Assembly: GCA_015522635.1 (NCBI GenBank) | Contig: WALW01000010.1 | Coordinates: 14,640 to 78,639, forward strand | Source of the DNA: Candidatus Tiamatella incendiivivens | GTDB taxonomy: Archaea > Thermoproteota > Thermoprotei_A > Sulfolobales > Acidilobaceae | Direction: 5' to 3' | Length of the DNA: 64,000 bases | In this document: one piece after another, positions 54,632-64,000 of the stretch | Position numbering within the stretch: the first letter of the stretch is position 1 | Layout: the number at the start of each line of letters is the position of its first letter | The notes under the pieces: model-generated | Databases searched by the model: none | What the model saw: only the letters and a program-made list of their open reading frames with translations | Told to the model about the DNA's origin: nothing | Position numbers and translations under genes: made by a program

Positions 54632-56125
54632 ATGGTTTCTCGTAAGAAAATTATCAGAGAAATTATAGGGAAATACAGAACAATCTGGTCCCTAGGAGTA
54701 TCCGGGAGCCTCATGGGATGGGATCAGGAAACATATATGCCTCCAAGAGGAGTCAAGGAGCGAAGCATAGCAGGTAGCAACATTGCAGTCCTCAGACACC
54801 AGCTAATATTAAAGCCTGACTTCGTCGAACTAGTTGAAAAGGCTTCGAGGAAGCGAAATCTAAACGACGTCGAGAAAGGGATCGTGAGAGTTCTGAAGAG
54901 GGGCATAGACCAAGCTAGGAAGATCCCGCCGGAGCATATAGCCGAAGTCTCGAAAACTACTACATTAGCCCTAGAGTTCTGGAAGAAGGCAAAGGCGAAT
55001 GGTGACTACGAGATATTCAAACCCTACCTGGCTAAGATAGTTGAGCTGACGAGGAAGACAGCAGACTACCTGGGATATGAGAAGCACCCATTAGACGCTC
55101 TCCTCGACCTCTACGAGGAAGGACTAACTACAAGTGATGTTGACTCTATGTTCAATAAGCTAGAGCCTGGTTTGAAAAAGGTCTATGATAAGATCATGGA
55201 TGAGTACACTGTGCCTGATAAGCATCCTCTCGAGGAGGTTCGGTATAGAGCTGAATCAATGAAGAAGCTTAACAATAAAGCTTTAACCATCCTAGGATAC
55301 CCTTGGGATAGAGCACGCCTAGATATTTCCGCGCATCCTTTTACGATAGGCATAGGAATAAACGACGTTAGAATAACAACGAGATATGAAGGATTAGACT
55401 TTAAGAGAAGCCTCCTTAGTACAATACACGAGTTCGGGCACGCCCTATACGAGCTGGGTGTAGACCAGAGATTCATTGCAACACCCGTTGCAGGAGGAGT
55501 TAGCCTAGGAGTACATGAGAGCCAGTCGAGATTCTGGGAGAACCAGATAGGCCGTAGTAAGGAGTTCGTCGAGTCTTTCTATCCCTATATGAAGAGGTAC
55601 CTGGTATTCCTCAGAAACTATACTCCCGAAGACGTTTACCTGTACTTCAACACTGTAAGACCTAGCCTGATAAGAACAGAGGCCGACGAAGTGACCTATA
55701 ATTTCCATATAATGCTAAGATATAGGCTCGAGAAGATGATGATAGAAGGATCTCTCGGTATTGAGGAACTCCCGCAGGTATGGAACGAGGAGATGGAGAG
55801 ACTCCTGGGTGTAGAACCCAAGAGTCATAGTGAAGGGGTACTACAAGACATACACTGGAGCATGGGTAGCATTGGGTATTTCCCGACATACAGTATTGGA
55901 ACACTATTATCAGCCCAGATCATGAGGAAGATAAGAGGGGAAATACCGGACGTCGATGAGGATGTCAGGAGGCTAAAGTTCGGGAGAATTAGGAGATGGC
56001 TCCGTGAGAACATACATAGACATGGAAGCGTCTATCCGCCAAAAGATCTTATTAGAAGAGCTCTTGGCATGGACTTGGAACCCGAGGTATACGTAGCATA
56101 CCTTGAACAGAAGTACCTTAGGTAG
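54632..56125 (+). CDS. M32 carboxypeptidase (Taq-type)
   Basis: HEFGHALYE, HESQSRFWEN, DIHWSMGSIGYFPTYSIG. Confidence 0.9.
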   Translation: MVSRKKIIREIIGKYRTIWSLGVSGSLMGWDQETYMPPRGVKERSIAGSNIAVLRHQLILKPDFVELVEKASRKRNLNDVEKGIVRVLKRGIDQARKIPPEHIAEVSKTTTLALEFWKKAKANGDYEIFKPYLAKIVELTRKTADYLGYEKHPLDALLDLYEEGLTTSDVDSMFNKLEPGLKKVYDKIMDEYTVPDKHPLEEVRYRAESMKKLNNKALTILGYPWDRARLDISAHPFTIGIGINDVRITTRYEGLDFKRSLLSTIHEFGHALYELGVDQRFIATPVAGGVSLGVHESQSRFWENQIGRSKEFVESFYPYMKRYLVFLRNYTPEDVYLYFNTVRPSLIRTEADEVTYNFHIMLRYRLEKMMIEGSLGIEELPQVWNEEMERLLGVEPKSHSEGVLQDIHWSMGSIGYFPTYSIGTLLSAQIMRKIRGEIPDVDEDVRRLKFGRIRRWLRENIHRHGSVYPPKDLIRRALGMDLEPEVYVAYLEQKYLR

Positions 56126-56136
56126 ACTAGGATAGG

Positions 56137-56967
56137 TTGGGGCAGGTTTTTTTGGCGAATCCCTCAGAAACCAGGCTAACCACTGTTTTTCTTACTCGGA
56201 AAATTCTTTGCGCCATACCATTCATTCTAATCTACATCTACTATGAGTACTCAAGAGCAGTGATAGTACACTTCGACAAAACAGTCACCTATAGATTCCT
56301 AATCTCCTTCGAGGAGAAACTATTCCATCAGCCGCTTACAATAATATTCCTCTCCCACCGAAATATAATAGCAGACTACACATCCATTGTAATATACGCC
56401 CTGCATCCCGTTTACCTAGTCCTATACGCTCTTGTTTTACTGTTTTTCCCGCGTGATAGTAGAGAATACACTAGGTTCACCCTAGAGTTCACACTCGCCA
56501 GCGCTATAGGGGTCACAGTATTCTACCTAGTTCCAGTTGCCCCGCCTTGGATAGCTATACCTGGAGTTACCCGACTCCCCAACCCGTTAGTAATGGCGGT
56601 ATCAGCAATATTACACAGGCAATACTATGACCCCAATCCATACGCTGCCCTCCCAAGTCTACATGTCGGGCTAACAGTGATATTCGTTGCGAGCATATAC
56701 AGGCTTACTAGGTCTAGGAAATCACTATATATAGGTGGAGTATTCTCCGGGCTAATGGCGTTCTCTGTACTTTATACTGGTAACCACTATCTCATCGATA
56801 TCATAGCAGGCTACTTAGTAGGATTATTCACCGTCTGGGGTGTAGGGCAGATATACAGGAAGTATGGTGAATGGTTGAATAGAGTGTCAGAAAAGTGTGG
56901 CGGTAGTATTGGTAGAGTATCATTCAAGCTCTGGAAACCCAAATCGAATGTGACGACAGCGCTTTGA
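56137..56967 (+). CDS. PAP2-superfamily membrane protein
   Basis: Polytopic, with PSLHVG and GNHYLIDIIAG (PAP2 C2/C3-like His/Asp motifs). TTG start. Confidence 0.5.
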   Translation: MGQVFLANPSETRLTTVFLTRKILCAIPFILIYIYYEYSRAVIVHFDKTVTYRFLISFEEKLFHQPLTIIFLSHRNIIADYTSIVIYALHPVYLVLYALVLLFFPRDSREYTRFTLEFTLASAIGVTVFYLVPVAPPWIAIPGVTRLPNPLVMAVSAILHRQYYDPNPYAALPSLHVGLTVIFVASIYRLTRSRKSLYIGGVFSGLMAFSVLYTGNHYLIDIIAGYLVGLFTVWGVGQIYRKYGEWLNRVSEKCGGSIGRVSFKLWKPKSNVTTAL

Positions 56968-57734
56968 GTTCTATACACCTCAAATCTAACCGTGACGTTC
57001 ACCTCATCGGTAGACTCGAATGATACGGTGACACGGCTGGGGTATCCTAGCAGGCTTGATTCACCTGCTGGATATAATGCCGTCTGGAAAGGTATGACGA
57101 AAAGCTCTTCCTCAACGTTAGTGACAACATCCTCCCATGCAAGCCTATCGTGAAGTATCATAAGCTTGACATCCACATACGATACATTAGAGCTACCCCG
57201 GAAGTAGATGACTCCGAAATAGCTTCCAGACTCGTTGGAGACGAACTGATAGTCATTGATCTCCACAGGTATAAGCCCGCTACTCCTATACGAGTGATGG
57301 GTCTCATTCAACACTAACTCGGGTTCCACGGAAATGGGAGGTAATGGCTGTATACTACCCTCCCAAACCATCCGGGAAACACCATCACTACCGTAAAGAG
57401 TATATCTACCAGTATCATCTAATATGAACTCGAAATTCACACTCGAGTACTCTTTGAGAATCAAGCTAGGGTAAAGAATCACTTTACCAGAGTACGACCC
57501 TATACTCAGAGTTATGTTGCTTATAGGTATTATAGATGCTCCCTGGTTAACCATATTTCCAGCACATATAATAGAGGAATCGTTCGTTGGAGAGCAGAAA
57601 CCGTAAACCTCGAACACAGGATTCTCAGTACCGCTATTTCCTTCCCTGCCAGTAAAGTAAACAGCGGCAGCTACCGTTACAAGTGTAGTTAACAGTAAAG
57701 CGGTAATATAGAGTCTCCAACCCGTCGAACCCAC
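56811..57734 (-). CDS. Hypothetical N-terminally anchored extracellular protein
   Basis: N-terminal TM helix (LYITALLLTTLVTVAAAVYF), then a beta-rich, sequon-rich body. The last ~52 codons overlap the convergent PAP2 gene. Confidence 0.4.
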   Translation of the reverse strand: MGSTGWRLYITALLLTTLVTVAAAVYFTGREGNSGTENPVFEVYGFCSPTNDSSIICAGNMVNQGASIIPISNITLSIGSYSGKVILYPSLILKEYSSVNFEFILDDTGRYTLYGSDGVSRMVWEGSIQPLPPISVEPELVLNETHHSYRSSGLIPVEINDYQFVSNESGSYFGVIYFRGSSNVSYVDVKLMILHDRLAWEDVVTNVEEELFVIPFQTALYPAGESSLLGYPSRVTVSFESTDEVNVTVRFEVYRTQSAVVTFDLGFQSLNDTLPILPPHFSDTLFNHSPYFLYICPTPQTVNNPTK

Positions 57735-57863
57735 CTTCCAAACTCACCCCAATATAGTGGGAGAAACGCTATCTCCACATACCATTATTCCAGGAGGGAT
57801 GTTAAGATAGATAACCTTTATTATACCCTACTCTAGAGAACTGATCTACTCCCGGGTAAAACT

Positions 57864-58520
57864 GTGGGGGATCACAGAATCCGGGTAATTAACGAAGTTT
57901 ATCCTAGCTATCTTTTATCAATCCTACGCGGTAAAAACACTCCATTAAACGTCTTCCGTGACACCATGAAGGAACTAGGGAGGGTCCTGGCCATTGAAAT
58001 AATGAACAATAGTGAATATAGCATTGAGCAAGTAGAGACGCCATTAGGAGTGGCGGAATACAAAAACCCGAAGCACTATGAGGACATTGTATTAGTCGGC
58101 ATCCTCAGGGCAGCACTACCTCTAGTGGAGGGCATGATAGATGTCTATAAGAAAGCCAGAGTAGGATTCATTGGGGCGAAACGAGTAGAAGATTCCAGCA
58201 GGGAGGGAAGGGAATTCGACGTGGTAATGAATTACTATAACATTCCACCTATAGATAAGGGATCACTAGTAATTATTGCGGACCCTATGCTAGCAACTGC
58301 TTCCACAATGATAAGAGTATTGAACCTCTTAAAACCTAAAATCAGTGAGGAGACCGAGGTTATTGTAGCTAGTGTGATAGCAGCGGAATACGGGTTAGAG
58401 AGGCTGATGACCAGGCATCCATACATAAAACTATACACTGTAGCCATAGACTCTATTTTAAATGATAAAGGATATATTGTGCCTGGCTTGGGAGACGCTG
58501 GCGACAGGAGTTTCGGGTAA
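57864..58520 (+). CDS. upp: Uracil phosphoribosyltransferase
   Basis: PRPP loop VIIADPMLATASTM and C-terminal GYIVPGLGDAGDRSFG. Confidence 0.85.
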   Translation: MGDHRIRVINEVYPSYLLSILRGKNTPLNVFRDTMKELGRVLAIEIMNNSEYSIEQVETPLGVAEYKNPKHYEDIVLVGILRAALPLVEGMIDVYKKARVGFIGAKRVEDSSREGREFDVVMNYYNIPPIDKGSLVIIADPMLATASTMIRVLNLLKPKISEETEVIVASVIAAEYGLERLMTRHPYIKLYTVAIDSILNDKGYIVPGLGDAGDRSFG

Positions 58521-58605
58521 ACAGATAATTATCTATCTACATTATGAAAACTAGAAACCTAAAACCGTCACATCTGCTAGTAAGTTGAATAATACTATTC
58601 GTATA

Positions 58606-59049
58606 CTAGTACCTGGCAATGCCTGCATGTACTCTCAAAGCCACAATAGTATTCGTACTAACAACACCTTCAAGGCTTCTAACGTGATCTATGATCTTGT
58701 TTATATCATCTATTGATGAAGCCTTAACTATGGCTAGTATATCATATTCTCCAGTAACCTCGTAAACCCTGTCTACCAAGTCTAAACCTAGAATCCTTTC
58801 TGCTATTACAGGAGTAGGCGTAGGGGGCGCAGTCTTCACGAAAACTATAGCTATACTTTCTCCGGGAACTTTGTAGTCTATAGTAAATCTTAGTATGATG
58901 CCTTTATCTAAAAGCCTCTTTATCCTTTTCCTTACAGCTGCCTCACTAATACCCAATTCTCCGGCTATCCTATTATAAGGGGCTCTCCCATCTTTTCTTA
59001 ATATATCTATTAGCCTGTAATCCTTCCCGTCCATTCTAAATTCACGCAA
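58606..59049 (-). CDS. lrp: Lrp/AsnC-family transcriptional regulator
   Basis: DYRLIDILRKDGRAPYNRIAGELGISEAAVRKRIKRL HTH followed by a RAM domain. Confidence 0.85.
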   Translation of the reverse strand: MREFRMDGKDYRLIDILRKDGRAPYNRIAGELGISEAAVRKRIKRLLDKGIILRFTIDYKVPGESIAIVFVKTAPPTPTPVIAERILGLDLVDRVYEVTGEYDILAIVKASSIDDINKIIDHVRSLEGVVSTNTIVALRVHAGIARY

Positions 59050-59230
59050 GATTATTCTACCAGGTTGTTTCTCTACTAATCTACGATGTTATTTAACTAA
59101 TAATATAGTGTATTCAGTATCACGGGAGTTCTATGTCTCTAAAACAGATTACCTGAGAAGCATAAGATGCGCGTTACAATAAATCCTTTTAATATACTCA
59201 TTCAAAGTAAACAGTGATTTCTCGAAGACG

Positions 59231-59773
59231 GTGATAGCTGTGATTTTAAGCGATAAAACTATAAGAGAGCTAGTCTCCAGCAGCCGCCTAATAATAGACC
59301 CGGTCAGTAGTGATACTGTTAGGGAGAACGGTGTAGACCTAAGGCTGGGAGGTATGTTCTGCCGTATGAAACGGGTTTGGAAGGTATTAGACATTAGAGA
59401 GGGAGGACTCCCCGAAGACTACTATGAATGCGGGAAATATGATTCATTCATAGTGTATCCACATGAACATATACTCCTCCACACCAGGGAATACGTTGGT
59501 TTACCGAATGATGTGGCAGGACTAGTTAACCTCCGCTCAACATTCGCTAGGCTCGGATTGTTCATACCTGCCACCGTAGTTGACGCTGGGTTCCAAGGAG
59601 AACTGACAATCGAGGTGGTTGGAGGCGAGTATCCTGTGCGCTTGTACCCGGATGAGAGGTTCATCCATCTAGTTTTAGTCAAACTCGATAGGCCTGCGGA
59701 GAAACCGTATAAAGGCAGATACCAAGGTCAAAGGGGGGTACGGCTCCCTAAGGTCTTCGAAACTGGTACATGA
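59231..59773 (+). CDS. dcd: dCTP deaminase (dUTPase superfamily)
   Basis: ILSDKTIREL, ENGVDLRLG, RSTFARLGL, VDAGFQGELTIE. Confidence 0.85.
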   Translation: MIAVILSDKTIRELVSSSRLIIDPVSSDTVRENGVDLRLGGMFCRMKRVWKVLDIREGGLPEDYYECGKYDSFIVYPHEHILLHTREYVGLPNDVAGLVNLRSTFARLGLFIPATVVDAGFQGELTIEVVGGEYPVRLYPDERFIHLVLVKLDRPAEKPYKGRYQGQRGVRLPKVFETGT

Positions 59774-59840
59774 AGTTACACTCTGTACTTTAACATTTTA
59801 TTCCACGATTTAACAATTTATTCATAATCGGTGGTATACT

Positions 59841-61373
59841 ATGATATTCACACGACCACCAATCCTTGAAGTAGTAAGAGAACTAGGAGAAACCGAAACT
59901 CTCGGCGTAATGATCTATAAAAAGGAAGGCAAGTTAACTGTTCCAGAGGAAGCAAGAGGATATCTAAGCTCTATACTTGGAGAAGACTACTTGAATATAA
60001 TGGAGAGATCAAGCTATAAAGGAGAAACCGGTGAAACTTTCATTTTCCACCGGAGCGAGAAACCCTATAAAGTCATATTCACTAGCGTAGGCAGTGTTGA
60101 GAAGCAAGATAAACTGCTATCCATGTATGAATCGCTGAGATCTGCTATAGGGGCACTCATCTCCCAAGTAGTTGATAAAGACGAGGAGGTTCGCATAATT
60201 TACACGAACCCGTTCAACATAGATTACTGTACTGCATTGAGAGAAGCATTATTCGCAGCTGGCTCTGCATCCTATGTGCTCGAAGCCTTCAAGACAGAGC
60301 CCAAGAGAAAGCTTACATCAATCAAACTAGTATACATGAATGGGAAATGCGGCAATAAGGGAAGTATCTTGGAGGAGGCAAAGATCCTCGTCGAAGGGGT
60401 CTATCTGGCGAGGGACTTCGCGAGTGCGCCGAGTAACAAGATGACTCCCGAGCACGTAGGGAAGTATGCTAAGGAATTGGAAGGCATGCTTGAGAACGTT
60501 CATGTCAGGGTAATAGGCTTTGAGGAGGCTAAGAAACTAGGAATGGGAGGCCTTGTAAGTGTTGGAAAAGGAGCGGAAGTGAAGCCAAGGCTAGTTATAC
60601 TTGAATACAAGGGAGGAGAGGAAGGCCCCTATGCGATAGTCGGCAAAACACTATGCTTTGATAGCGGTGGAATATGCATAAAACCTAGCCATGGAATGGA
60701 GACAATGAGGCATGATAAAGCGGGAGGAGCAGCAGCCCTAGGAGCATTCTATTCTGCAGCGAAAATGAAGCTTCCAGTACACCTATATGCACTGCTACCA
60801 GCAGCAATGAATATGCCTGACGGCGGGGCATACAACCCGGGAGACATCGTAGAAATGTATGATGGAACCAAGGTTGAGATAATAAACACAGATGCAGAGG
60901 GACGAATGGTATTAGCAGATGCCATAGCATACGCTAGAAAAGACCTCAAAGCCAAAGAGATATTAGAATACTCTACACTGACAGGGTCAATAGTAGTAGC
61001 ATTAGCACACTTATACGCTGGACTGTTCAACTGGAACAAGAATGGAGAAGAACACCTCTATAAAGCAATGGATGTAACTGGAGAAAAAGTATGGAAGATG
61101 CCTACAGACGATATATACAAGAAAGCACTGAAAAGCGATTACGCAGACCTAAAACACGTAGGGGACAGGTGGGGAGGATCAATAACCGCAGCCGTATTCC
61201 TCCAGCACTTTGCGAAAGACACCCCCTACACACACATAGACATAGCAGGAACAGCAATACCCATGGGAGGAGGGGAGAAATACCTCCCACCATACATACC
61301 CAAAGCCATATCCCCCGGATACGGGGTAAGACTATACTACGAATACCTCAAGAACAGGATAAGCAGACAATAA
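59841..61373 (+). CDS. pepA: M17 leucyl aminopeptidase
   Basis: GKTLCFDSGGICIKP, MRHDKAGGAA, NTDAEGRMVLADAIAYA. Confidence 0.9.
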   Translation: MIFTRPPILEVVRELGETETLGVMIYKKEGKLTVPEEARGYLSSILGEDYLNIMERSSYKGETGETFIFHRSEKPYKVIFTSVGSVEKQDKLLSMYESLRSAIGALISQVVDKDEEVRIIYTNPFNIDYCTALREALFAAGSASYVLEAFKTEPKRKLTSIKLVYMNGKCGNKGSILEEAKILVEGVYLARDFASAPSNKMTPEHVGKYAKELEGMLENVHVRVIGFEEAKKLGMGGLVSVGKGAEVKPRLVILEYKGGEEGPYAIVGKTLCFDSGGICIKPSHGMETMRHDKAGGAAALGAFYSAAKMKLPVHLYALLPAAMNMPDGGAYNPGDIVEMYDGTKVEIINTDAEGRMVLADAIAYARKDLKAKEILEYSTLTGSIVVALAHLYAGLFNWNKNGEEHLYKAMDVTGEKVWKMPTDDIYKKALKSDYADLKHVGDRWGGSITAAVFLQHFAKDTPYTHIDIAGTAIPMGGGEKYLPPYIPKAISPGYGVRLYYEYLKNRISRQ

Positions 61374-61387
61374 CGGTAGATAACTTT

Positions 61388-62037
61388 TTGACTCCGATTA
61401 AACACTTTTTCCTATCCGCAACACAAGCATTACTCCTACCGATCAAAGTCCTAACAAACCCATGGGAAGCATACGGTAAACTAAGATACACAGTGAAACA
61501 GGCGCCACCAGCAGCCACGGCTATAGCAAACATCTACGCATACAGAGGCTTCTCTATAATAAGTGCAATGCTCATACTAATGGCCGGATTCATCTACCCC
61601 ATGTATAACATGGCCACACTACGAATAACCCAAGCATTCGGAGGTTTCATACACTCTATAATAGTAACATTCCTATACCCAATGCTAATAGCGATAGCGC
61701 TAGGACTCATAGATACGATCCTCATAATCATACCTGCAAAAAAATCCTCGATAAAAACATGCCAGACTACCTTGGCATACTCTTAATAAGAACAAGTAGC
61801 CTCATAGGATACGCTGTAAAGCCGGCAATAATAGCCCTCATATATGGGCCAACAGCAGTAACAATCATAGGAATATACGAGCTGAACTTAACAGGCCACA
61901 TGGCCTGGATCTCAGTAACAGTAACGGCAATAACATATGTTCTAACAGTGATTGGATTAGTGAAAAGCGGTGGACTAGGGAAACCAACGGCACTGATCTC
62001 TGCGCGGGTGCCGATAATAGCTCATTTATTGGCTTGA
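61388..62037 (+). pseudogene. Yip1-like polytopic membrane protein split by a -1 frame change at an A7 run (about 61738-61744)
   Basis: The hydrophobic reading frame from TTG 61388 runs to the A7 run and then stops at 61786. The hydrophobic continuation (ORF 61759..62037) is in the -1 frame and stays open across the run (..PAKK|ILDKNMPDYLGILLI..). Confidence 0.45.
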
Positions 62038-62074
62038 TACTATGTATTCGCTGGTTGGTAGGAAAATTATTTAG

Positions 62075-62105
62075 GTTCTGGGTGTGGATCATAGTTCTGG
62101 GTGTG
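62075..62105. repeat. Tandem direct repeat GTTCTGGGTGTG x2 separated by 7 nt
   Basis: Perfect 12-mers at 62075-62086 and 62094-62105, read directly. The second copy ends 4 nt before the ATT codon at 62110. Confidence 0.9.
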
Positions 62106-62109
62106 AACT

Positions 62110-63183
62110 ATTCTATTCGATCCTAGGCCGAAATGCGATAGGAGCGAACTATATGATAGAACATCAGAGCTAGAACAGCTCCATAACATCATTGATAACA
62201 ATACACCATTAACCCTACTAACCGGTATACGGCGTATAGGTAAAACCAGTCTACTATGCGTCTTTATAAACGAAATCAGTATACCCTACCTCCTCATAGA
62301 TGCCCGGAACCTCCCAGCCAACTATGGACTAAGGGATCTCTACGGCTTGATATCCGAATCCATGTCTAACAAAAAATTCCTAGACAAAATGAAAGATATC
62401 CTAGAAGTAGTTAGCGGAATTAAAGTAACAGGAATTGAAGTAGAATTATCATGGAGAGGCAGAGAATCAATATCGCTGGGAACCCTATTCGACTACATGA
62501 ACAAGAGGAAAATACTGATAGCTATCGACGAGGCACAAGCTCTGAGAGGGCCTAGAGGGGAGCTCTTCCTAAAAGCACTCGCCCACGCATACGATTACGA
62601 TAGGAACATAATGTTTATACTGGCAGGGTCCGAAGTAGGACTCCTCTACGACTACCTAGATATAGAGAACCCCGATTCGCCTCTATATGGAAGATACATA
62701 AACTCAATCACACTTGGAAGATTCACAGAAGAACAATCAATTGATTTCATGAGAAAAGGCTTAATGGAAGCAGGTATAACTCCAACCATTGAATACATTA
62801 AATCGATAGTAGAGGTTTTCGATGGTATTCCAGGATGGCTAACCATAGCAGGCAACTATATAGTAACCCAGAAGAAACTAGTAGATATAAGTCACATCGA
62901 GGAATACGCTATAAACATAGCTACACGGGAAATCATGAAACTAAGGAAAACCCACGGATCAAGGCTTATGAGAACACTCAAACTACTAGCACAAGGCCAT
63001 AACACATGGACACATTTGAAAAAAGCATTGGAGGAGAATGAAGGAAAAACTATATCTAAAAGCAGTCTAAGCCGAATAATAAGGACACTAGAAAAACTAA
63101 GCATCATAGAAAACTATGAATTCCTAGACTCCATATACAAAAAAGCATCAGAGAGAATCACAGTCAAGAGCCATGGAGACTAG
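62110..63183 (+). CDS. Archaeal ATPase family protein (Arch_ATPase + DUF234-like C-terminal wHTH); no canonical start codon
   Basis: The frame is open from 62107 (after TGA 62104-62106): T-I-LFDPRPKCDRSELYDRTSELEQL, Walker A LLTGIRRIGKTSLL, Walker B ILIAIDEAQ. The ORF track only picks TTG 62347, downstream of the P-loop. Confidence 0.7.
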   Translation: MLFDPRPKCDRSELYDRTSELEQLHNIIDNNTPLTLLTGIRRIGKTSLLCVFINEISIPYLLIDARNLPANYGLRDLYGLISESMSNKKFLDKMKDILEVVSGIKVTGIEVELSWRGRESISLGTLFDYMNKRKILIAIDEAQALRGPRGELFLKALAHAYDYDRNIMFILAGSEVGLLYDYLDIENPDSPLYGRYINSITLGRFTEEQSIDFMRKGLMEAGITPTIEYIKSIVEVFDGIPGWLTIAGNYIVTQKKLVDISHIEEYAINIATREIMKLRKTHGSRLMRTLKLLAQGHNTWTHLKKALEENEGKTISKSSLSRIIRTLEKLSIIENYEFLDSIYKKASERITVKSHGD

Positions 63184-63494
63184 GAATCCTTCTTTTCCCT
63201 CAACTCCCTAATCTCTCTCCTAAGCCTATAGATCTCGTCCTCCAATCTATCATCAGATCTATGCATTCTCGATATCCTGTCAACTAGGTAGACAACTACG
63301 GCAACTACAACTATAATCGCAAGGAACCAGAATAGGACGCCAACTCCCATCCAGCCCCAGCCACCGCAGCAGCCACCCATCATGCCTTCATGATCGCCTG
63401 CTGCGCCGGCGTCAAACGACAAGGCGTTATGGAAAGTTCCTATAATTATTGATGCTGTATTCATTTTTATCACAATTTGAAGTGTAGGATTCAA
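63180..63494 (-). CDS. Small membrane protein with Gly/Cys/Trp-rich segment and charged coiled-coil tail
   Basis: MMGGCCGGWGWMGVGVLFWFLAIIVVVAVVVYL, then RLEDEIYRLRREIRELREKK. The start may be an internal Met. Confidence 0.3.
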   Translation of the reverse strand: MNPTLQIVIKMNTASIIIGTFHNALSFDAGAAGDHEGMMGGCCGGWGWMGVGVLFWFLAIIVVVAVVVYLVDRISRMHRSDDRLEDEIYRLRREIRELREKKDS

Positions 63495-63521
63495 CTATTA
63501 ATAAGTAGACGTATGTGTTTC

Positions 63522-64000
63522 TCAGGGGACTATCCTGGTTCCACTCCCGGCTAAAGCTGTTGTGATGGGATTTTCCACAGTACCATCCGCTATAATGGCT
63601 TCCCCAACTCCTTTACTAACGGCCTCAGCAGCCATTACCACTTTCCTATTCATACCGGGCCCTATCTTAATGTATAAATCTTCCACATCTCCTGTCCTTA
63701 TAACACGTATGACTCCATCCTCTAATAGGACGCCTGGAACATCTGATAGAAAGATTAGTTTTTCAGCTTCAAGGGAGGTAGCTATTAAAGCCGAAGCTTG
63801 ATCCCCGTTAACATTCAACAATTCACCCTCTAATCCTAGGGCAATCGGGCTTACTACCAGAACAGTGCTTATCCCAAGTAATGAACATAAAATACTGCAC
63901 TGCACATTGCGAATTTTACCAGTATATCCACCAGGTATCACTTGCATTCTTCCCCTCTCATTCAGTATTATAATCCTCTTCTTCCTCTCGGCAGCGAGTA
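63522..64000 (-). CDS. Amino-acid kinase family protein (acetylglutamate / LysW-aminoadipate kinase), 5' end outside window
   Basis: LNVNGDQASALIATSLEAEKLIFLSDVPGVL and GMNRKVVMAAEAVSKGVGEAIIADG. The frame stays open to base 64000. Confidence 0.75.
   Translation of the reverse strand, partial: LAAERKKRIIILNERGRMQVIPGGYTGKIRNVQCSILCSLLGISTVLVVSPIALGLEGELLNVNGDQASALIATSLEAEKLIFLSDVPGVLLEDGVIRVIRTGDVEDLYIKIGPGMNRKVVMAAEAVSKGVGEAIIADGTVENPITTALAGSGTRIVP

Noticed and set aside
61091-61373. 5' part of ORF 61091..61786 overlapping pepA
   Set aside because: Its Arg/Pro/His-rich translation lies out of frame within the well-supported M17 aminopeptidase. Only the part downstream of the pepA stop (from about 61388) looks like a real membrane protein.
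1-64000. Search for CRISPR arrays, IS elements/transposases, integrases, rRNA genes and toxin-antitoxin pairs
   Set aside because: No regularly spaced 24-40-nt repeats, no transposase or integrase-like ORFs and no rRNA-like sequence were seen. The only mobile elements recognised are the two inteins.

Overview
Densely coding archaeal chromosome segment that looks TACK/crenarchaeote-like: TFB, Orc1/Cdc6, MCM, GINS, RFC, an intron-containing tRNA, two inteins and many 4-nt gene overlaps. Left to right: A/V-type ATPase atpA (intein)-atpB-atpD; CDC48; tRNA-Gln with intron; TFB; etfB-etfA plus an acyl-CoA ligase; tRNA-Phe; nth. Then a replication island (orc1/cdc6, rfcL, rfcS with intein, gins, mcm, hel308); speE; a fused cytochrome-b/HdrD-like Fe-S oxidoreductase; hutG-hutI/hutU; thiL. 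The most interesting region is 36.4-41.4 kb. It is a five-gene locus with three proteins carrying SipW-cognate-type signal peptides (two are clearly TasA/camelysin-like), a signal peptidase fused to a polytopic membrane domain, and a repeat-rich anchored surface protein. After it come a CydA/CydA'-type cytochrome bd oxidase, a lipoylation operon with a stand-alone lipoyl carrier, and a preQ0-transporter/RaSEA-like/mini-ArcS archaeosine module. The right end holds housekeeping peptidases, upp, dcd, lrp, a frameshifted Yip1-like gene and an archaeal-ATPase gene without a canonical start codon. I recognised no rRNA, CRISPR array, transposase or integrase. All calls rest on motif recognition by eye in the supplied translations; no database search was run.
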